DNA of 64,000 nt from a virus (IMGVR_UViG_3300020042_008783:3615-67614); one strand, 5' to 3'; positions 49,493-58,318 are shown, numbered from the stretch's first letter. Translations and numbers: made by a program. Notes: generated by a model not told the origin, from the sequence alone.

Positions 49493-51835
49493 ATGATAAT
49501 TACGTCATCTAGAAACACGCCAGTATCAAGCGGGGTTACCGACACGATCGATTACAAGATCGATGTGTCCAACCTCGGTCACATCGCCAGTATCCTACGC
49601 AAAGCTTACTCTGACCCGATCAGAGCGGTTGTGCGTGAGTATGGCACCAATGCCTGCGAGGGTCACATCCTTAACGGCAAGACGGACAAACCCATCCAAG
49701 TCTCGCTTCCGACTGGCATGAAGCCAGTCTTCACGATTCGTGACTTCGGCCCTGGACTTGGCAAGCTCAAGTTCCAAGAGCTGTTCTGCTCGTATGGCGG
49801 TAGCGACAAGCGGGCAAGCAACGCCTTCACGGGCTGTCTTGGCATCGGTTGCAAATCGTATGGCGCGTACACAGACGCGGTTACGGTCACCGATTACAAT
49901 GGCGTCACCGCGCACAAAGATGGAGTCAAGTACATTTGGAACTGCCATATTGACGAGAGTGAGGTGGGCAAGGCATCGCTGTTAAGCGAGACCAAGACCA
50001 ACGAACCCTCTGGCGTCGAGATATCGATTCCAGTTCGGCCTCAAGACATTAGTAGATTCCGCGAAACTGCGATACAAGTCTATCGTGTCTTTGATGTCCG
50101 TCCCGACATCGTTAACCTATCGCCAGAAGAGAAGAAAGAGTATGCCAGCCTTGGTCACAAGGAAGGCATCATCAAGGGCAAGAACTGGGCTTTCAATGGT
50201 GAGGGCACTAGCTGGCTCCAGATGGGTCTTGTGCTTTATCCGCTCAAGTCCGACTTCTCTGGCTCACCAGTAATCAAGCAGTTGATTGACGCTGGAGTCT
50301 ACGTGCGGGTGGAGCTTGGCGATGTCCAAGTTGCTCCGTCTCGTGAGGACTTGCAGTATTCGCAGAAGACAATTCAAGGCTTGGTCAAGAATCTTAATCC
50401 AGTCATTGACTCGATGGGTTCGACCTTGCTTGCTGACATTCAGTCTGCTCCAGATTACTTCCAAGCTCACTTGATCTTGAGGAAGTTCACTGGCACTGGT
50501 GGATATAGCTCTTCCAGCTTCCGTGAAGGTATCGTCAAGAAGCTGAAAGGAAGGCTGAAGTGGAAGGGAATCGATATGCATGAGGATAATCGAATTCCTC
50601 TATGTGTCTCGCCCCTCAAGAAAGACCAGACTGAAATCGAGTTGCTTAGATCTCACGGCATCACTGCTATGAGTATAGCCAAGCGTAGTTGGGGCAAGGC
50701 TAAGTTCAATGTCGATCGCTCCGTTGACGAGCTGATTGTCCACAAGGACACACTCGTCATGATCAATGATACTGGCACTGGCTCTGGTGAAGCTCGCGTT
50801 CGTCACTGGTTGATGAACGGTGGGCCTAATGGAGCGACCGTGACTATCATCAACTTCAAAAATGGTGGCAAGGAGTTTCTCAACAAGACTCTGCCGTGGT
50901 TTGCAACGACGACATTCCAACAGGTGTCGTCTCTGCCCATGCCCCCACCGAAACAAAAAGGTGTGGGTGCGGACGGAGTTGAGGTTGAATACGACAAGAA
51001 TGTCAAACACACCAAGGGGAATGTGTTTGGCTTGCTTGTCAAGTATCAACGCGCAGACAAGCGTAGTGACTATTGGGGAATCTCCGCAGCACCTACGACT
51101 GGCAAGAAAGTCTACGTAACACTCGACCAATTCAAGTGGTCAATGCCTGGTAAGGACTTGGAGATGGAGGAGTATTACCCTCTGTATCGAGCAAGAGATT
51201 ACTTGAAGGCAATCGGCTATTGTGATCAAGTCTATGGCGTGAAGGAAGCTGATATCGCCAAGAAGGTTGATGCAACTTGGACTAAATTACAGGATGCAAT
51301 CGAGCATGGGACACAAGCCTTTCTCAAGGCTAATCCCGACAAGGCTCAGAAGATTGCTGATCGTTATGCTGTCTTGAGTTTCTTCAACGCTCGAAGGTCA
51401 TACGACAGCGATCGGCTTAGGAAAGAAGGCTGCTTCTTTGAGCGATGCTCGCTTGGTCGTTGGGCAAATTCCAAGATTGGTCCACTCAAAGACGTCAAAT
51501 CCGACAGCCCATTCCGAATCTTTATGGATAAGGTTATGGAGATGGTTGGAGGATGCTTAGAAGAAGGAGATAAAGACTTGCCAGTCTGGCTTGAAGAGCC
51601 GAGGAATACTTGGGCTCTTGGCCGATCAAACACCGATGATAAGAAGAGTGTATATCAACAACTCAAAGCGTTGTTGCCTAAACCTTCTTATGATCTAAAA
51701 GTCGAGGGAACTAAAATAGCTTCGAGGTATCCATTACTTTGCCATAGTAACTGGCAATCAGATGTAATGGAATATCCAACCGAACACACTGTCGAGTATG
51801 TGCATCTTGTAGATGCAGCTCGCAAAACAAAATAA
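49493..51835 (+). CDS. rIIA: rIIA-like protein (GHKL ATPase N-terminus)
   Basis: YSDPIRAV.RE..TNA, IRDFGPGL, S.K..SN..TG.LGIG.KS, SRE.L.Y. Confidence 0.85.
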   Translation: MIITSSRNTPVSSGVTDTIDYKIDVSNLGHIASILRKAYSDPIRAVVREYGTNACEGHILNGKTDKPIQVSLPTGMKPVFTIRDFGPGLGKLKFQELFCSYGGSDKRASNAFTGCLGIGCKSYGAYTDAVTVTDYNGVTAHKDGVKYIWNCHIDESEVGKASLLSETKTNEPSGVEISIPVRPQDISRFRETAIQVYRVFDVRPDIVNLSPEEKKEYASLGHKEGIIKGKNWAFNGEGTSWLQMGLVLYPLKSDFSGSPVIKQLIDAGVYVRVELGDVQVAPSREDLQYSQKTIQGLVKNLNPVIDSMGSTLLADIQSAPDYFQAHLILRKFTGTGGYSSSSFREGIVKKLKGRLKWKGIDMHEDNRIPLCVSPLKKDQTEIELLRSHGITAMSIAKRSWGKAKFNVDRSVDELIVHKDTLVMINDTGTGSGEARVRHWLMNGGPNGATVTIINFKNGGKEFLNKTLPWFATTTFQQVSSLPMPPPKQKGVGADGVEVEYDKNVKHTKGNVFGLLVKYQRADKRSDYWGISAAPTTGKKVYVTLDQFKWSMPGKDLEMEEYYPLYRARDYLKAIGYCDQVYGVKEADIAKKVDATWTKLQDAIEHGTQAFLKANPDKAQKIADRYAVLSFFNARRSYDSDRLRKEGCFFERCSLGRWANSKIGPLKDVKSDSPFRIFMDKVMEMVGGCLEEGDKDLPVWLEEPRNTWALGRSNTDDKKSVYQQLKALLPKPSYDLKVEGTKIASRYPLLCHSNWQSDVMEYPTEHTVEYVHLVDAARKTK

Positions 51836-51856
51836 AAACGAAAGGACACAGTAAGT

Positions 51857-52708
51857 ATGAACTACATCATAACTGACGAAACAATAACAGCGGTCATCAA
51901 CGGGAAGTCTCACACTATCCGTCGTGACCACGCAAATGCAAAGATGGTAATCAACGCGATCGCAGAGGGTCGTGCGGAGGGTGACATCGAGAAATTGATG
52001 GACATCACCAACGCACTCAATGCGTATCTCGGCAACTCCGTCGAGGTGAAAGACGGTTCGGTGTATCACCGCGGGGAGATCGTTGACGAGCGTATTGCCA
52101 AGCGAATCCTCGCCTTTATGGAGGAGAGTCTACCAGTGGAACCGATGACTCGGTTCTTGGAGAATCTCTACAACAACCCGAGCCACAATAGTCGCGCTCA
52201 ACTCTACCAGTTCTTGGAGCACAAGAACATGCCTCTTACTGAAGATGGCTGTTTCTTGGCCTACAAGTCGGTTGATCAGAACTACATGGACCACCACACT
52301 GGCAAGTTCTCAAATCGAGTTGGCCAGGTGTTGACCATTGCTCGACGCAGTGTGGATGACAATCCCGAGAACGGATGTTCTTACGGATTCCACGCTGGCT
52401 CGCTCGAGTACGCTGGCAACTTCGGTGGCTCCGATCGTCGGGTCGTGATCGTCAAGATCAACCCCGAGGATGTGGTATCGGTGCCCAATGACTGCGGGTT
52501 CCAGAAGCTTCGTACTTCCAAGTACGAAGTTGTTGCGGACTACACGGGCCCGCTACCCAAGACATACGCTGAGTCGTATGACTCCACAGAAGATGACATC
52601 TATGAAGAGGACGATGTCGAAACCGATGAAGCTGACAGCGATGACAGCCTTGTTACGGCAATCCGTACCGCGGCTCGTCAGTTGCTCGACGCAGTATCGA
52701 ATCGCTAA
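51857..52708 (+). CDS. rIIB: rIIB-like protein
   Basis: FL..L..NPS ... LY.FL ... DG.FLAYK.V ... D.HTG ... CS.G.H ... P.DVVSVP.D ... KLR...Y.VV. Confidence 0.9.
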   Translation: MNYIITDETITAVINGKSHTIRRDHANAKMVINAIAEGRAEGDIEKLMDITNALNAYLGNSVEVKDGSVYHRGEIVDERIAKRILAFMEESLPVEPMTRFLENLYNNPSHNSRAQLYQFLEHKNMPLTEDGCFLAYKSVDQNYMDHHTGKFSNRVGQVLTIARRSVDDNPENGCSYGFHAGSLEYAGNFGGSDRRVVIVKINPEDVVSVPNDCGFQKLRTSKYEVVADYTGPLPKTYAESYDSTEDDIYEEDDVETDEADSDDSLVTAIRTAARQLLDAVSNR

Positions 52709-52714
52709 CCATTC

Positions 52715-52743
52715 GGGGCGGGTGGGCAAATCCCATCCGCCCC
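52715..52743 (+). terminator. GC-rich hairpin after rIIB (terminator or processing site)
   Basis: ggggcgggtggg-caaat-cccatccgcccc; no U-tract. Confidence 0.5.
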
Positions 52744-52758
52744 AATTAAAAGGAAATT

Positions 52759-52998
52759 ATGATATACACCAAAAAAGAATTGAGAGACAGGGTTGCTGCT
52801 ATGGACTCGAAGGAAATCTGCTACGCCTTGATTTGGACGCAAGATGAATTCGATGGTTATTTCAATGACCAACAGATCAGCAAAAGTGATTGGGAGTCCG
52901 CGCTTAGTAGCATTGATTCCGAAAGCGAAGAACAATCTGTCAAAGAAAATATCGAAATGGAAATCCAAAACCTAATTGATGAAAAGGAGACTGCATGA
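52759..52998 (+). CDS. acidic hypothetical protein
   Basis: SD AAGGA; D/E-rich. Confidence 0.6.
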   Translation: MIYTKKELRDRVAAMDSKEICYALIWTQDEFDGYFNDQQISKSDWESALSSIDSESEEQSVKENIEMEIQNLIDEKETA

Positions 52999-53270
52999 TT
53001 GAAGTAGAATATAAAGGTAAACAAGCCAAGCTTATCGCGGGAACTAAGTCCCCCTATGGCTTGGGCTGGCACAAAGAGGATGCGGCCATCATCGAATCAT
53101 TGAAGCTTCGAGGCGGTGATGCCACGATACTTCTACCCGAATGGTGCGAGGCAACTGGATTGGACAGCAATAGCAATCTGGTTCGCAAGGAACGATTCGA
53201 AGGTAAGAAACCTTGGAATCAAAAAGATGAGAACAAGAAGATCTACACTCGTGAACTCAAACTTGCTTAA
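52995..53270 (+). CDS. hypothetical protein
   Basis: ATGA-coupled. Confidence 0.55.
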   Translation: MIEVEYKGKQAKLIAGTKSPYGLGWHKEDAAIIESLKLRGGDATILLPEWCEATGLDSNSNLVRKERFEGKKPWNQKDENKKIYTRELKLA

Positions 53271-53928
53271 AGATAAAGGGAGCGTGGAATCTGCCTTTAA
53301 AAATAAGAAAGAGGCAGAGAAGATAGTCGGTACCCTATCCAAACCCTCTAAAATGCCGGGGTTCGCATACTCGACCCCAGCTAAACGCTGCCTCATTGGG
53401 CAGAAGATGAGGAAGGTTGCGGGTAGTATCTGTGCGTTTTGTTACGCACTGAAGGGGCGTTACGTGTTTCCAAACGTCATGGCGGCGATGGAGAAACGTT
53501 TCAAGTCTCTGACTGACCCACTCTGGGTGAGTGCCATCTCGCATCTAATCAGCAAAACTAAGAATTCTTATTTTCGCTGGCACGATTCGGGAGATCTCCA
53601 GGGTATATGGCATCTAAAGAATATTGTTGAGGTAGCAAATAACCTGCCAAACATTTTCTTTTGGTTGCCGACTCGGGAGTATGCCTTCGTATCGAGTTAT
53701 ATTGAGCAAGGTGGATTGGTTCCAGACAATCTATGCATTCGGTTGTCGGCTCTAATGATGGATGGCCCCGCCCCAGAGGGCATAGCCAAACGTCTTGGGT
53801 TGACAGTGTCGGGTGCCAGCACGACTGGTAACTTCAACTGTCCATCGTCAAAACAAGGAAACAACTGCGGTTCATGCCGCAAATGTTGGGATAAAAATGT
53901 ATTCGCAATCGATTACAAGAAACATTAA
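53251..53928 (+). CDS. GP88-family protein (radical-SAM-like Fe-S fold)
   Basis: LS.PSKMPG, C...C..CYA.KG.Y, FRWHDSGD, W.PTRE, C-terminal CP....C..CR.CW. Confidence 0.8.
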   Translation: MNSNLLKDKGSVESAFKNKKEAEKIVGTLSKPSKMPGFAYSTPAKRCLIGQKMRKVAGSICAFCYALKGRYVFPNVMAAMEKRFKSLTDPLWVSAISHLISKTKNSYFRWHDSGDLQGIWHLKNIVEVANNLPNIFFWLPTREYAFVSSYIEQGGLVPDNLCIRLSALMMDGPAPEGIAKRLGLTVSGASTTGNFNCPSSKQGNNCGSCRKCWDKNVFAIDYKKH

Positions 53929-54060
53929 AACGTTAACCTTAAGTTTACTTTTGGTTATTGTAATGATGGATGGGATTCCCGACAAGTACTGGCCCGTGTG
54001 GGCTAGGGTAGGGAACGACAACATCATATCCAGAATTAAAATATTTGGTGAAAGGCATGT

Positions 54061-54279
54061 ATGAGTTTAATAAATAGAGCATCAGTTAAGAGATCAGCTC
54101 TGGACCTGGCAAATGCCAAGTTCAAGGAGCGGAACAAGACGAGGCTGGAGATGGGCATTGCCCCTATGAAGTCTGCCCCGTCGAGAGTTAGTAGTGAATT
54201 CATTGATACCTTCGAAGCCAAGGTCATTGGCTTGTTGGGTTCTATGGTTCACGAGCACAAGTCAGGAGCAACACTATGA
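54061..54279 (+). CDS. small basic protein (DUF1931/histone-fold-like LIN...VK motif)
   Basis: SLINRA.VK..AL ... RVS.EF. Confidence 0.45.
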   Translation: MSLINRASVKRSALDLANAKFKERNKTRLEMGIAPMKSAPSRVSSEFIDTFEAKVIGLLGSMVHEHKSGATL

Positions 54280-54500
54280 ATTGTTATTGTATTACAAAAC
54301 CAACGGAACAAAAGTTCCTATCGATCGACGACAAATGGGTGGACTTCATCGCGGGTATCCGTGACGACTCCATCCGAGGCTACACCTCTGAGGAGATGGA
54401 AGCCTTGAACAACGATGCAACGAAGCATGGAGGCGAGGTGCGACAGCATCCGTCTCCCGACGGAGTCACACTTCCCTTGTTTTATGACTGGGGTACGTGA
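54276..54500 (+). CDS. hypothetical protein
   Basis: ATGA-coupled. Confidence 0.5.
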   Translation: MNCYCITKPTEQKFLSIDDKWVDFIAGIRDDSIRGYTSEEMEALNNDATKHGGEVRQHPSPDGVTLPLFYDWGT

Positions 54501-55122
54501 AGTATTTGAGGGACTGAAGTCCCGAGAGGTTAGCCGTTACGTCAACTACTGGGACAAGATTAAGCCCAAGTCCCGTGAAGACGAATGGCGCTTCTGGATA
54601 TTCTCGATTCTCGCAGCCAACTTCGGTTGGAAGCAGAACGTGAAAGCCTTTAACGCAATCAAGAATCGCGACTCGTGGAAAGCCGATCTTGGCAAGCTAC
54701 AGTTCGAACTGTATCAAACCAAGACTGGACTGTGGCGGACGAAAGCCGTGAGCATCTGGAAGTTTGATCAGATGTTCGCTGCCAAGCCCCACATCTTCGA
54801 GCGTTATCCGAATGAGCCGTTGATGCAATACCGTGATCGGATTGCGGACAACGTCCCAGGATTGGCGATTGCAAAGTCCAGCTTCTATGTGGAGATGAAA
54901 CATCACGAAGAGTCAAACGTTGTTTGCCTCGATCGTCGTGTGCTCAAGTCTATCCACAAGAGGGATAGGAACGTGAACAGGACTGACTACCTCGCGCTTG
55001 AGAACGAGTGGCAGACCTGCTCACAGGAGTACGGTATCCCAGTGGCTACTGCCAGATTCATCTGGTGGGACAAGTTGCAGGGGTATAAAAATAGTCGGTA
55101 CTGGAGTGAGGTATTAGAATAA
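54484..55122 (+). CDS. HhH-family N-glycosylase/AP lyase (OGG2-like)
   Basis: F.IL.AN, HhH PGLAIAKSSF (catalytic Lys), CLDRRV (catalytic Asp), Y..LE. Confidence 0.7.
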   Translation: MTGVREVFEGLKSREVSRYVNYWDKIKPKSREDEWRFWIFSILAANFGWKQNVKAFNAIKNRDSWKADLGKLQFELYQTKTGLWRTKAVSIWKFDQMFAAKPHIFERYPNEPLMQYRDRIADNVPGLAIAKSSFYVEMKHHEESNVVCLDRRVLKSIHKRDRNVNRTDYLALENEWQTCSQEYGIPVATARFIWWDKLQGYKNSRYWSEVLE

Positions 55123-55124
55123 AT

Positions 55125-55328
55125 ATGAAAAAAGTAAATGGTGAGATTCTTTGGGGCGCTGGTGACAGCATCCATAAGATCGCATTCAAAGCAGAAGTGG
55201 ACACAGCCAAGGAAAAGGTCGACAGCCTTAAACTTGAACTGGACCCGCAGTTCCTTGATGACGTTCTTCAGAACGTGTACAAGGCGGGTGCAGACGAAGC
55301 CCTCCGATTGGCCGCTGTCCACGGATGA
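55125..55328 (+). CDS. hypothetical protein
   Basis: In operon. Confidence 0.5.
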   Translation: MKKVNGEILWGAGDSIHKIAFKAEVDTAKEKVDSLKLELDPQFLDDVLQNVYKAGADEALRLAAVHG

Positions 55329-55490
55329 AGAACAAACGAAGATTAGTATCGAAAGTGTTGGAGAGTATTTACTTGTTCTTCACACTCGTAGGGTTGATGG
55401 TGGTATGTTGGTCCGTCTACTCGATGGCCCTCGGTACTTATGTCAAATCCTGCGAAACGATTCAAAAGAAACTATTGATGCGGTGATGAT

Positions 55491-55652
55491 TTAGAAATGT
55501 TCGCCTAGCCACGTTTCGAAGTCATCTAATTTATTCCCGAGTTCCTCGGGGGTGATGATACCCAAAGAACAAGCGCGTGCAAATTGCAAAATATCCGCGA
55601 CTTGTTCTGGAAGTATCGCCAACTCCGGGGACTCGGGAATATTTTTTGTCAC
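55491..55652 (-). CDS. small acidic counter-oriented protein (53 aa, not in the ORF track)
   Basis: GTG start, MTKNIPESPELAILPEQVADILQFARACSLG..; SD AAGGA and TG-TATACT -10 upstream. Confidence 0.5.
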   Translation of the reverse strand: MTKNIPESPELAILPEQVADILQFARACSLGIITPEELGNKLDDFETWLGEHF

Positions 55653-55807
55653 AATTTTATCCTTCTACCTATAAGTATACACACAGTTTTAATAATTGAA
55701 AGCGTGACGAGGCACGTAAGCCAAATAATATCGCGCTTTCTATTTCTCATTTTCCCAGTTTGTTCTAGCTATATTGACTTGGCAAGCCCGCCAGTCAGCA
55801 TTGAATT

Positions 55808-56068
55808 GTGCCCAAGAAGCTCGCAGAAGCAAAGTTCGGCGAACTATCCGAACAGTTCCTCCGTGTATTACTCGCCGCAGCTGCGGTCGATGGTAAATCG
55901 GAAGAGCTGGTTATTACCCGCAAGGCTTTCCATGATCTGCACGAGAAGTTGAAGGATGGCTACAATCCAGAGATAGATGTTTGGTTTGAGGACAATGAAC
56001 TACACGTAGCCCTAGCCTGGAGCGAAGTACCTATTGTTGGGTTCAGAAAAATCCGTGGCGAAAAATAA
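55808..56068 (+). CDS. hypothetical protein
   Basis: GTG start 6 nt after TTGACT-16-CAGCAT. Confidence 0.55.
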   Translation: MPKKLAEAKFGELSEQFLRVLLAAAAVDGKSEELVITRKAFHDLHEKLKDGYNPEIDVWFEDNELHVALAWSEVPIVGFRKIRGEK

Positions 56069-56183
56069 AAAGAAAAAGGTTAAGAGCTTGATCGATCACT
56101 CGCATCGACCACGTCAGGGCCTGCTCGACAAGGTTGCCAAGCTGGCGTTATACCACAAGAATTAGCGGGGTTTGGCTGGCATG

Positions 56184-57407
56184 TTATTTGTATTTCTGTA
56201 GCGTATCCTGATTAAACTTATTGAAATTGTACGGGACAAAATTTCCTGTCAATCCTACGGATTTATTAAAATCTTGCATTACTTTATCTCTAGCTTGATC
56301 AGCTTTAGAGCCTTTGGCCAGCTCGTCACGATATGCTTTTTCATATGGGGTTAGTGGCCCTAACTTTTTATAATACTCTTTTTCATATGGCGTTGACCCA
56401 CCAGTTTCTCGAGATTTTAACACGGCTTCTGGTGTTGAATAGCTATCCCCGATTGCTAAATTCTTGGGTTCCCCATAAAATTCAAGCATTTTTTTTCCAG
56501 CTTCTGCTCTTTTTTTACCCTCCTCGGAATCAAAATATTGTTTTGATGCATTAGTTTGCCGAATCTCACTTAAATAATTTTTGCGGGCAGCCTTTTTGCT
56601 TCTATTAAAAAGATCAATAGCGGACGCTTCTTGGTTTGCATTTGTATAATTTGCATTATGCATACTCAATGCTGTTTGGGTAGCTTTTCCTTTTTTTATT
56701 CTATCTAGTATTCCTTGCCTTATTCTTTGATCTCTAACGGGGTCTACCGGTGTGTAATAATCCTTCCAAGTTTTATTTGCCCACGTTTTATTAAATTTTT
56801 CATCGGCTTGTGCCGCCATTTCGTTTTCGGAAAGAGATTTAAAATTTGGATCACTAACCTGTTTATACATGTCCTGTTCCGCTTGAATAGATTTTAACAT
56901 ATTCTCAAAATTTTGAAAATTGTAAGAAGAATTACTTGTACTACTTGGTTTATAAGGCTCACTTAAAGCTTGTCCAGCTTGAGGGATGCTAGAACTTTGC
57001 GCGGGATTGTACGAACCTGGTAGCATTCTTCCGGCGCCAGGTAAAAAGTATTTGCTATCTACAGGACGTCCTTGTTGTGCTGCCCTGTCCAACATATTCA
57101 TTCTTGCAACTGGATTTTTAGCGGTATCTGCTAGATTTTGTTGAAAAACGGAATCAAAATTATTTAACAGGTCGGGGGATCCAAATATATTGTTATTTTG
57201 ACTAATAGGATTAGCGGGAATTGGAGCTTGCTCTAACAGTTGCTTAGGTTTATTTATATTCTGAGAAGCAAAAATATCCATTTTTTGGAACTGCCCAGAT
57301 CTTTCAACCTTCGCCCGTTGGGGCGTTACAAATCCACTGCCGAGACCTGTACTCTTAGCCGCCATCGGAGCCCCATAATTGAGGCTTGACAGGGTCATCA
57401 GAGCCAT
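56184..57407 (-). CDS. AT-rich hypothetical late protein
   Basis: 407 aa, low-complexity N/Q/K-rich. Confidence 0.65.
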   Translation of the reverse strand: MALMTLSSLNYGAPMAAKSTGLGSGFVTPQRAKVERSGQFQKMDIFASQNINKPKQLLEQAPIPANPISQNNNIFGSPDLLNNFDSVFQQNLADTAKNPVARMNMLDRAAQQGRPVDSKYFLPGAGRMLPGSYNPAQSSSIPQAGQALSEPYKPSSTSNSSYNFQNFENMLKSIQAEQDMYKQVSDPNFKSLSENEMAAQADEKFNKTWANKTWKDYYTPVDPVRDQRIRQGILDRIKKGKATQTALSMHNANYTNANQEASAIDLFNRSKKAARKNYLSEIRQTNASKQYFDSEEGKKRAEAGKKMLEFYGEPKNLAIGDSYSTPEAVLKSRETGGSTPYEKEYYKKLGPLTPYEKAYRDELAKGSKADQARDKVMQDFNKSVGLTGNFVPYNFNKFNQDTLQKYK

Positions 57408-57408
57408 G

Positions 57409-57549
57409 TTAATACTTCCCTAAACCCCGACCCCTATTAGAAACCTGAGGCATAACGTAAGGCTTTTTCTTTTCAACCTTAAGAGAGGGCGACTTGTCGG
57501 TCGGCATCTTTGCGTTCTTTTGATTCAAGTTAATGGAATAGTTTTTCAT
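57409..57549 (-). CDS. small basic protein (46 aa)
   Basis: MKNYSINLNQK...RGRGLGKY; translated by hand. Confidence 0.55.
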   Translation of the reverse strand: MKNYSINLNQKNAKMPTDKSPSLKVEKKKPYVMPQVSNRGRGLGKY

Positions 57550-57550
57550 C

Positions 57551-57706
57551 TTATTTACTTTTCGATTTGCCGGCAGCAGTTAACGCAATAGCGATGATCT
57601 GTGCCCTCGGGCGAACCTTGCCGTCAGCTCCACGGGCTTTACCTTTTTTCTTATTATCAGCGTAAAGTTCGCTGATGTTGGCAGAGACATTTTTTCCTAG
57701 AGGCAT
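57551..57706 (-). CDS. small basic protein (DUF6496-like)
   Basis: MPLGKNVSANISEL...QIIAIALTAAGKSK; translated by hand. Confidence 0.65.
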   Translation of the reverse strand: MPLGKNVSANISELYADNKKKGKARGADGKVRPRAQIIAIALTAAGKSKSK

Positions 57707-57737
57707 GGGTCTATATTATAGGGTGGGGCGTTGGGGG

Positions 57738-57968
57738 TCAAGAGCCCTTTTCAAATTCATCCTCAACGCCATCCGAATCCTTGTCTTTGAAGCTCGATGG
57801 GTCGCGGGTGAAGATTCTTTTAGCTAACATATACCTTTCCTCGGCGGTCATCTCCACCCAAACCTCAGTCCTACCTCTTGGCTTCCAGAGGATTAGAGCT
57901 ACTACTATCCCAACAAAAAATATAACGGGCCAGAAGATCATTTGCCTAGCCCTGTTTTTTTCTTCCAA
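57738..57968 (-). CDS. small membrane protein
   Basis: One TM helix; C-terminal D.D.DG motif. Confidence 0.5.
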   Translation of the reverse strand: MEEKNRARQMIFWPVIFFVGIVVALILWKPRGRTEVWVEMTAEERYMLAKRIFTRDPSSFKDKDSDGVEDEFEKGS

Positions 57969-58168
57969 CTTATGGGTTTTGAGCTCGTTTTTTTCCTAGC
58001 CGCTGAGTTGCACATTGACTTAGTGGGGCGACAAGCTGGATAACTTCCACCGCTATCCGCTGACTTTCGGCCACAAGGACCGCCAGTCTTACAGTTAATC
58101 CACCCCTTGCCTTTGTTACGGGAGAACCAACCGTGCAACCCCTTCTTCTTTTCGAGTTCGAAGCCCAC
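57938..58168 (-). CDS. small basic Cys-containing phage protein
   Basis: GL..WF....W....TG.PCGR....YP.CRP. Confidence 0.65.
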   Translation of the reverse strand: MGFELEKKKGLHGWFSRNKGKGWINCKTGGPCGRKSADSGGSYPACRPTKSMCNSAARKKTSSKPISWKKKTGLGK

Positions 58169-58317
58169 TATTTCTTCCCCTTGTTACCCCAATTAGCTGC
58201 CCCTACTTTACGGCACTTCACCAATGCTCCGCTGGCGTAGGCTGAAGGCCAAACAGCGTAACGAGATTTCACCTTGCGGGTACAGGCATCGGCGGCTTTC
58301 TTTTTTCCTAGCGGCAT
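58168..58317 (-). CDS. small basic phage protein
   Basis: DAC..KVKSRY.VWPSAYASGALVKCRK.GA.NWG. Confidence 0.65.
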   Translation of the reverse strand: MPLGKKKAADACTRKVKSRYAVWPSAYASGALVKCRKVGAANWGNKGKK

Positions 58318-58318
58318 A

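Larger units (their letters stand above)
44515..49512 (+). other. run of small co-oriented early hypothetical ORFs (e.g. 44515-44916, 44913-45197, 45283-45462, 45444-45782, 45916-46269, 46602-46988, 46966-47301, 47298-47546, 47604-48056, 48059-48271, 48282-48584, 48581-48907, 48993-49310, 49303-49512)
   Basis: Tightly packed, many ATGA overlaps and AGGA SDs; no function recognised. Confidence 0.7.
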
